NCBI GenBank assembly: GCA_043740335.1
Contig: JAYUCN010000609.1
Location: 1 to 24,167, forward strand
Reading direction: 5' to 3'
From: Planctomycetota bacterium
Lineage (GTDB): Bacteria > Planctomycetota > UBA1135 > UBA2386
Length of the DNA stretch: 24,167 nt
Every line of letters starts with the position of its first letter. Position 1 is the first letter of the stretch. Positions 17,891 through 24,167 of this stretch are shown one piece after another. A program made the translations under genes and the position numbers. The notes beneath the pieces were generated by a model that saw only the letters and a list, made by a program, of their open reading frames with translations, did not search any database and was not told the origin of the DNA.

Positions 17891-18427
17891 ATGACCAAGA
17901 CCACCAAGTGGGGCATCGTCGCCGAGTTCGAGTCGGCATCCGCGATCTACAAAGCGGCCGAGAAGACCACCGCCCACGGCTACACGCGCGTCGACGCGCA
18001 CACGCCGTTCGCCGTGCACGGCCTCGAGCACGCGCTGCGGCAAGGGCCGAGCCCGCTCGGCTGGATCGTCGTCGGCTGCGGCTTCACGGGGATCTGCCTG
18101 GCGCAACTCATGATGTGGTGGATGAACGGGCACGACTACCCGATCTGGGTCTCCGGCAAGGAACCATACGCGTGGCCGTCGACCATCCCGATCACGTTCG
18201 AGTGCATGGTGCTGTTGTCGGCCTTCGGGGCCGTGTTCGGCATGTTCGGACTCAACCGGCTGCCGCGCCTGCATCACCCGATCTTCAGCCACAGCACGAT
18301 CGCGCGCGTGACCGACGACCGGTTCTTCCTGTCGATCGAGGCAACGGATCCGAAGTTCGACAGCCGCGAGACGGCGCGTTTCCTCGAAGGCCTCGGCGGC
18401 AAGCACGTCGAGATCGTGGAGGATTGA
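17891..18427 (+). CDS. actD: Alternative complex III subunit ActD (DUF3341)
   Basis: GIVAEF, DAHTPFAVHGLEHAL, two TMs, DYPIWVSGKE, PITFECMVLLSA, LPRLHHPIF, DDRFFLSIE; C-terminal part of track ORF 16613-18427. Confidence 0.92.
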   Translation: MTKTTKWGIVAEFESASAIYKAAEKTTAHGYTRVDAHTPFAVHGLEHALRQGPSPLGWIVVGCGFTGICLAQLMMWWMNGHDYPIWVSGKEPYAWPSTIPITFECMVLLSAFGAVFGMFGLNRLPRLHHPIFSHSTIARVTDDRFFLSIEATDPKFDSRETARFLEGLGGKHVEIVED

Positions 18428-18430
18428 TCC

Positions 18431-19126
18431 ATGACGATTGGTTGCATGAAGTTTGGCAGCATGACCATCACGTTCCTCAGGTCCTCCGTGTTCTGGTCCA
18501 CGCTGGTGCTGGCCACCGTCTCGGTCGGCCTCACCAGCTGCATGCGCGGCGGCACATCGTCGCTACCGCCCGTGCACCTCGTGCTGGACATGGACTTCCA
18601 GCCGAAGCTGCGGGCCCAGTCCGAGACGCACTTCGAAGGTTGGTCCGATCACCGCAGCATGCGCCTGCCGGTCGCCGATGCCTTCGGCAAGACGCTCGTC
18701 GTCGCGCGCGGTTCGTTGCCGAAGCCCGAACTCGCGCATCGCGATGCCAGTAACCAGTTCGTCAAGCAGAACCCGCTGCCACTGAACACGAAGTTCATGT
18801 ACCTCGGCCGCAACGTCACCGCGCTCGAACGCGGTCGTGATCGCTTCGAGATCCACTGTTCCGTCTGCCACGGCTACTCGGGCCAGGGCGGCAACGATCC
18901 AAAACAAGGCCACGGGATGGTCGGCCGGCGGTGGCCGGTCGTGATCCCGAGCTTCCACTTCGTCGAAGGCAAGGACAACCGCGTCCCGCTGATGCCGGAC
19001 GGCGAGTACTTCGACGTCATCACCAACGGCAAGGCCACGATGCCGTCCTACGGCGCGCGCCTCTCCGTGGAAGACCGCTGGGCCATCGTCCACTACGTCC
19101 GCGCCCTGCAGTCCCTGAGCAAGTAG
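18431..19126 (+). CDS. actE: Alternative complex III monoheme cytochrome c lipoprotein ActE
   Basis: Lipobox GLTSC, DMDFQPKL, one CSVCH, ITNGKATMPSYG axial-Met motif, DRWAIVHYVRALQ. Start could be M1, M6 or M11. Confidence 0.9.
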   Translation: MTIGCMKFGSMTITFLRSSVFWSTLVLATVSVGLTSCMRGGTSSLPPVHLVLDMDFQPKLRAQSETHFEGWSDHRSMRLPVADAFGKTLVVARGSLPKPELAHRDASNQFVKQNPLPLNTKFMYLGRNVTALERGRDRFEIHCSVCHGYSGQGGNDPKQGHGMVGRRWPVVIPSFHFVEGKDNRVPLMPDGEYFDVITNGKATMPSYGARLSVEDRWAIVHYVRALQSLSK

Positions 19127-19147
19127 ACCTGAGCAAGACCAGCGCCC

Positions 19148-20473
19148 ATGACCGCAACCGCACACCTGACCGCGCCGAGCCTCCAGCAACTGGCGCCACA
19201 CGTCACCTCCAGGGTCAAGAACGGTGACCTCGTGACCGCCCAGATGGGGCTGCTCGGGGTCGGCCTCGCCCTGCTCGGTGGCGCCTGGGCCCTCGGTGGT
19301 GACGACTTCTACGGCGCGTACCTGGTCGGCTACATGGGGATCCTCGGCATCTGCCTCGGTGCCCTGTTCTTCACGATGCTGCAGCACATCACGCGCGCCG
19401 GGTGGAGCGCGACGACGCGGCGCCTCGCCGAGAACACGATGTGGGCGTTGCCGTTCATGCTGCTCCTGTTCGTGCCCATCGTCGTGGGTTTCGACACGCT
19501 CTACGCGCATTGGGCCCACGCCGACTTGGGCAAGGACCTCGTGGTCGCGGGCAAGTCCGCGTGGCTGAACAAGACCTTCTTCTTCGTGCGCGTCTTCCTC
19601 TACTTCGCGATCTGGATCGGCCTCGCCTGGTTCTTTCGCAGCAACTCGATCAAGCAGGACGAAACCGGCGATCCAGCCATCAGCCTGAAGCTCTCGCGTC
19701 TGGCCGCGCCCGGCTTGCTCGTGTTCGCGCTGTCGACGACGTTCGCGGCGTTCGACTGGATCATGTCGCTGGATCCGCACTGGTTCAGCACGATCTTCGG
19801 CCTCACCTACTTCTCCGGCGGGTTCATGGCCTTCCTGGCCTTCACGATCCTCATGGCGAAGTGGCTCGGCAAGCAGGGCTACCTGCAGGGCGCCATCACG
19901 GTCGAGCACTACCACGACCTCGGCAAGCTGATGTTCGTGTTCATGGTCTTCTGGACCTACACGAACTTCAGCCAGTACATGCTCATCTGGTACGCGAACC
20001 TGCCCGAGGAGACGCACTGGTTCACGGTGCGCAGGACGGACGGCTGGGGTGCGGTCGGCATGATCCTCATCGTCGGCCACTTCTTCTTTCCGTTCGCCTT
20101 CCTCATGTCCAGGCACGTGAAGCGCAACGGCGTGGCCCTGTCCGCTGGCGCGATCTTCCTCCTGGTCATCCATTGCATGGACATGCAGTACCTGATCCTG
20201 CCGTCAGCAGGACACGGCGGCGGTCACGACGCCGGACACGCTGGCGCCGAGCACGCTGGCGAACATGGCGCGACCGCGACGAACTTGGATCACACCGGCT
20301 TCTCGCACCAACTCGGCGACTACCTGAGCAACGTGCACTGGATCGACTTCGGTTGCTTCCTCGGCATGCTGGCCGTGCTCGCGGGCCTCACGCTGATGGG
20401 GGTGCGCAAGGCGAACCTCGTTCCGCTCCGCGACCCGCGGCTGTCCGAGTCGCTCAACTTCCTGAACGCCTGA
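19148..20473 (+). CDS. actF: Alternative complex III membrane subunit ActF
   Basis: Polytopic; LQHITRAGWS, WLNKTFFFVR, AFDWIMSLDPHWFSTIFG, HYHDLGKLMF, WTYTNFSQYMLIWYANLPEE. Confidence 0.92.
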   Translation: MTATAHLTAPSLQQLAPHVTSRVKNGDLVTAQMGLLGVGLALLGGAWALGGDDFYGAYLVGYMGILGICLGALFFTMLQHITRAGWSATTRRLAENTMWALPFMLLLFVPIVVGFDTLYAHWAHADLGKDLVVAGKSAWLNKTFFFVRVFLYFAIWIGLAWFFRSNSIKQDETGDPAISLKLSRLAAPGLLVFALSTTFAAFDWIMSLDPHWFSTIFGLTYFSGGFMAFLAFTILMAKWLGKQGYLQGAITVEHYHDLGKLMFVFMVFWTYTNFSQYMLIWYANLPEETHWFTVRRTDGWGAVGMILIVGHFFFPFAFLMSRHVKRNGVALSAGAIFLLVIHCMDMQYLILPSAGHGGGHDAGHAGAEHAGEHGATATNLDHTGFSHQLGDYLSNVHWIDFGCFLGMLAVLAGLTLMGVRKANLVPLRDPRLSESLNFLNA

Positions 20474-20523
20474 TTCCGATCCCGTTTTCCCACCGGCTGG
20501 GCCGACAACAACAGACACCTTCC

Positions 20524-20847
20524 ATGGCACACGGCACGCACGAACACAGTCACTACGGCGAACCAGGCGCCAAGCATGCTCCCGTCGTGAACGACCCCGA
20601 GCACGACATCAATGCACGGTCGGCCACGATCTGGTTCGTCGCCGGTGCGATCGTCGTGTTCTTCACCCTGTGGATCATGGTGCCGATCTTCGTTCGCGTG
20701 CTCGAAGCCGAGCGCGAGCACAAGGTCAACAGCTCCCCGAACACCGAGCTGCTCGACGTCAAGGAAGCCGAGCAGCAGTTCCTGAAGGGCAGCAACCCGA
20801 CCAAGAAGTCGATCGACCAGGTCCTGCAACAGTTGGCTGGAAAGTGA
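20524..20847 (+). CDS. Small single-TM protein at the actG position (107 aa)
   Basis: MAHGTHEHSHYGEPG...DPEHDINARSATIWFVAGAIVVFFTLWIMVPIFV...; lies between actF and SCO; C-terminal part of track ORF 19402-20847. Confidence 0.75.
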   Translation: MAHGTHEHSHYGEPGAKHAPVVNDPEHDINARSATIWFVAGAIVVFFTLWIMVPIFVRVLEAEREHKVNSSPNTELLDVKEAEQQFLKGSNPTKKSIDQVLQQLAGK

Positions 20848-20875
20848 TGTCCGGCAAGTGATGTCCGGCAAGTGA
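20842..20875 (+). repeat. 14-bp tandem repeat AAGTGATGTCCGGC (2.4 copies)
   Basis: Units at 20842-20855 and 20856-20869, partial AAGTGA at 20870-20875. Confidence 0.9.
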
Positions 20876-20885
20876 CCGCAACCCC

Positions 20886-21704
20886 GTGATCAAGCACCTT
20901 CTCCTCACTGCACTCTTCACCGGCGCCGCCCTGGCGCAGGGTGAAGGCCATTCCGGCAGCTCGCTCGAGGTGCGCGAGGAGGCGGCGTCGCAGATGGACC
21001 GCATCGGCGCCGTCGTCGATGGCAACCTGAGCTTTCTGGACGAGCGCGGCTACCCCTACCAGCTACGCCAGTTGTTCCCGGGCAAGCAGCCCGTCGTGCT
21101 GTTGCTCGGCTACTACAGCTGCCCGGCCATGTGTGGGCAGGTCATGGAAGCGACGCTCCGCGCGCTCAGCGATGTCGATCTCCAACCTGGCACGGACTAC
21201 CGGCTCCTCAGTGTCTCGATCGATCCGCGCGAAACGCCTGCAACAGCCCTCGCGAGGAAGCAGACGTTTCTGCCGAAGCTCACCAAGACCGGTGGCGACG
21301 AGGCGTGGCGGCTGCTGGTCGGCGACGAGGCCAACATCAAGGCTCTGACCGAGACCGTCGGCTTCCGCTACTACTGGTCCGAGCACACCCATCAGTACGC
21401 GCATCCGCCGTCGCTGCTGTTCCTGACGCCGCAGGGCAAGGTCAGCCGCGCCATCGTCAACACCGTCTTCGATGCCGAGGACCTGCACCTGGCCCTGGTC
21501 GAGGCCAGCGGCGGCACGCTCGGCACCCTTTGGGACCAGGTGAAGCTCAACTGCCTCACCTTCGACGGCCGTACCAATTCGTACTCCCTCGCAGCGATGA
21601 CCATCATGCGCGTCGGCGGTGTCATCACCGTCGTCGTGATCGTCACGATGATCTTCGTCATGCTGCGCAAGGACCGTCGCCGCATCACCCCCGCAGTCGC
21701 ATGA
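20886..21704 (+). CDS. SCO1/SenC-family copper chaperone
   Basis: Signal peptide, YYSCPAMCG (CxxxC), SVSIDPRET, YAHP (Cu-ligand His), C-terminal TM. GTG start. Confidence 0.9.
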   Translation: MIKHLLLTALFTGAALAQGEGHSGSSLEVREEAASQMDRIGAVVDGNLSFLDERGYPYQLRQLFPGKQPVVLLLGYYSCPAMCGQVMEATLRALSDVDLQPGTDYRLLSVSIDPRETPATALARKQTFLPKLTKTGGDEAWRLLVGDEANIKALTETVGFRYYWSEHTHQYAHPPSLLFLTPQGKVSRAIVNTVFDAEDLHLALVEASGGTLGTLWDQVKLNCLTFDGRTNSYSLAAMTIMRVGGVITVVVIVTMIFVMLRKDRRRITPAVA

Positions 21705-21792
21705 CACCCGTCGCTCCCCGCACTTCAGAAACCAGCCCTGCCGACGCCGGCATCCCCAAAGATCGGCGCGCCATCCGCAGCAGAGGACTCCC

Positions 21793-22851
21793 GTGCTTGC
21801 CCAACTGATCCAGGATCCGGCCAAGATCAACTACATCGAGACGCCGGTGAAGCCGCCGGTGAACGATGCCTACGGCCAGCTCGTGAAGCTCGGCAGCACG
21901 TTCGACCACGTCGACAACCTGTTCTACTTCACGTACGCGGTCTGCATCTTCTGCTTCGTGTTGATCACGGGCGTGCTGCTGTTCTCTTGCGTCAAGTACC
22001 GCCGCAAGACCTACGACCAGCCGCCGGCGTCGAACATGACGCACAACACGCCGCTCGAAGTCGCCTGGACCGTGATCCCGCTCGTCGTCGTCATGGTCAT
22101 GTTCGCATGGGGCTTCAAGGGCAGCCTCGACATGATCACGGTGCCGGAAGCCGCGAGCCGGAACATGTACAAGGTCACCGCGAGACAGTGGAACTGGACC
22201 TTCGCCTACCCGAACCACCCGGTCCCGAGCACCAACGAGGTCTGGCTCGAAGTGAACAAGCCAGCCGCGTTCCTGCTCGAGTCGGTGGACGTGCTGCACG
22301 CGTTCTTCATTCCGACGATGCGCGTCAAGCGCGACATCGTGCCGGGGCGCTTCCAGACCGTCTGGTTCACGCCGATCGAGATCGGCGACTTCCACATGTT
22401 CTGCGCCGAGTACTGCGGGGAATTCCACTCGACCATGTACGCGCAGGTCCATGTCGTCAGCGCCGAGGAGTTCAACGCTGCGCAACGGCCGTGGGACAAG
22501 TGGGAAGACGCCACACCGCAGTTGGCGGCCAAGAGCGGCGAGAACCTCTACAAGCAGCTCTGCCGCACCTGCCACTCGACCAACGGTTCTCTGGGCACTG
22601 GTCCGAGCTGGAAGGGCCTCTACGTGAAGGCCGCCGACGGCACGATCACGGGCGGGCAGCGCGAGGTGTACGTCGGTGGGCAGAAGCAGACGATCACGGT
22701 CGACGACGCCTACATCACGGAGTCGATCCTGAAGCCCGATGCCAAGAAGGCCGTTGGTTTCGAGAAGAACAACATGACGGTCCCGGCGCAAGACGAACGC
22801 CGGATCAAGGGCATCATCGAGTACATGAAGACGCTCGCGGAAGCCAAGTGA
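21793..22851 (+). CDS. coxB: Cytochrome c oxidase subunit II with fused cytochrome c (caa3-type)
   Basis: Two TMs, [24 protein letters not shown]; CuA ligands DVLHAFFIP and [12 protein letters not shown]; C-terminal CRTCH heme domain. GTG start with AGAGGA SD. Confidence 0.95.
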   Translation: MLAQLIQDPAKINYIETPVKPPVNDAYGQLVKLGSTFDHVDNLFYFTYAVCIFCFVLITGVLLFSCVKYRRKTYDQPPASNMTHNTPLEVAWTVIPLVVVMVMFAWGFKGSLDMITVPEAASRNMYKVTARQWNWTFAYPNHPVPSTNEVWLEVNKPAAFLLESVDVLHAFFIPTMRVKRDIVPGRFQTVWFTPIEIGDFHMFCAEYCGEFHSTMYAQVHVVSAEEFNAAQRPWDKWEDATPQLAAKSGENLYKQLCRTCHSTNGSLGTGPSWKGLYVKAADGTITGGQREVYVGGQKQTITVDDAYITESILKPDAKKAVGFEKNNMTVPAQDERRIKGIIEYMKTLAEAK

Positions 22852-22885
22852 GGCACAGCGTAGTGAGGCAGAACGAAGTGAGGCA
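22847..22885 (+). repeat. 15-bp-period imperfect triple repeat with core AGTGAGGCA
   Basis: Core at 22847-22855, 22862-22870 and 22877-22885. Confidence 0.85.
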
Positions 22886-22888
22886 ACC

Positions 22889-24167
22889 ATGACGACCAAC
22901 GTCCCAGCCATCGACCGGCACCCGACCGCACCAGCGACCCGGAAGAACTTCTGGAACATCACGAACACCTTCATGTCGTGGGCGGGCACGCTCGACCACA
23001 AGCGCATCGGCGTCATGTATCTGGTCGGGGTGTCGACGGCCTTCCTGTGTGGTGGTCTGTTCGCGCTGCTCGTGCGCCTGCACCTCTGGGAGCCGCACGG
23101 CATGCTGTTCAGCAACGCCACCTACAACCAGATCTTCACGCTGCACGGCGCCTTCATGGTGTTCCTGTTCATCATCCCGGCAATCCCGGCGTCGCTGGGG
23201 AACATGGTGCTGCCGCTCATGCTCGGCGCGAAGGACGTGGCGTTGCCGCGCCTGAACCTGCTGAGCTTCTACCTGTGGGTCGGCGGTGCCGCGCTGACGG
23301 GCCTCGCCATCGTGCTCGGCGGTTTCGACACGGGCTGGACCTTCTACGCGCCGTACAGCCTCTACACCAACCAGGCGGTCGTCTCGGTCGGGCTCGGCAT
23401 CTTCCTGCTCGGCTTCAGCTCGATCTTCACGGGGCTCAATTTCATTGTCACGACGCACAAGTTGCGCGCGCCGGGCATGACCTGGTTCCGCATGCCCCTG
23501 TTCGTGTGGGCGCTCTACGCGACGGCGATCCTCCAGGTGCTCGCGACGCCGGTGCTCGGCATCACCGTGCTGCTGGTCGCATTCGAACGCCTCTACCACA
23601 TCGGCATCTTCGATCCGCGCCTCGGCGGTGACCCGGTGCTGTTCGAGCACTTCTTCTGGTTCTACAGCCACCCGGCCGTCTACATCATGATCCTGCCGGC
23701 CTTCGGCATCATCAGCGAGACCGTGTCGGTCCACAGCCGAAAGCCCCTGTTCGGCTACAAGCTCATCGCCTTCAGTTCGCTGGCGATCGCGATCATCAGC
23801 TTCCTCGTGTGGGGCCACCACATGTTCACGTCGGGTCAGTCGACGTACGCGCTGTTCGCCTTCTCGTTCCTGACCTTCTTCGTGGCGATCCCGACTGCCA
23901 TCAAGGAATTCTCCTGGGTGGCCACGGTGTGGAAGGGCTCGATCGCGCTCAACTCGCCGATGCTCTACACGCTCGCGTTCCTGATCATCTTCGCGATCGG
24001 CGGCCTCACGGGCGTGATCCTCGGTGCGCTGAACGTGGACATCCACCTGCACGACACCTACTTCGTCGTCGCCCACTTCCACTACGTGATGATGGGTTCG
24101 ATCGCGCTGGCCTTCTTCGCCGGCCTGCACCACTGGTGGCCGAAGATGTTCGGCGTGATGTACAACG
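22889..24167 (+). CDS. coxA: Cytochrome c oxidase subunit I, A2 type; truncated by the window end
   Basis: Manual translation from ATG 22889: [67 protein letters not shown]; open to 24167 (absent from the ORF track). Confidence 0.96.
   Translation, partial: MTTNVPAIDRHPTAPATRKNFWNITNTFMSWAGTLDHKRIGVMYLVGVSTAFLCGGLFALLVRLHLWEPHGMLFSNATYNQIFTLHGAFMVFLFIIPAIPASLGNMVLPLMLGAKDVALPRLNLLSFYLWVGGAALTGLAIVLGGFDTGWTFYAPYSLYTNQAVVSVGLGIFLLGFSSIFTGLNFIVTTHKLRAPGMTWFRMPLFVWALYATAILQVLATPVLGITVLLVAFERLYHIGIFDPRLGGDPVLFEHFFWFYSHPAVYIMILPAFGIISETVSVHSRKPLFGYKLIAFSSLAIAIISFLVWGHHMFTSGQSTYALFAFSFLTFFVAIPTAIKEFSWVATVWKGSIALNSPMLYTLAFLIIFAIGGLTGVILGALNVDIHLHDTYFVVAHFHYVMMGSIALAFFAGLHHWWPKMFGVMYN

Noticed and set aside
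20842-22885. CRISPR-like or TIGR-like arrays at the junction repeats
   Set aside because: Units are only 14-15 nt, 2-3 copies, without unique spacers of guide length, and no cas genes are present.

Overview
High-GC bacterial window, probably from a Planctomycetota-like genome (inferred from gene content and protein style, not verified). Left part (1-12007): a partial membrane-anchored protein with a degenerate cyclophilin domain that the ORF track misses (1-934, minus), a lipoprotein, a candidate structured RNA in front of an HNH endonuclease, and two secreted hypothetical proteins. A minus-strand run follows: carbamoyltransferase, SxtJ-like protein, two tandem DUF5989/SxtK-like microproteins, a sigma-70 factor and hemW, with a divergent membrane-anchored SGNH protein. 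Right part (12324-24167): an alternative complex III operon (actABCDEF plus a small actG-like gene), then SCO, caa3-type coxB and an A2-type coxA truncated by the window edge. Best lead: the carbamoyltransferase/SxtJ/2xDUF5989/SGNH cassette may be a trans-envelope carbamoyl relay using DltX-like tyrosine carrier peptides (hypothesis). Other leads: the ~130-nt multi-stem RNA upstream of the HNH gene; short duplications at act/cox gene junctions, including two chained MSGK mini-ORFs; His-rich inserts in four ACIII subunits; and two apparent pseudo-enzymes. No tRNA, rRNA, CRISPR array or transposase was seen.
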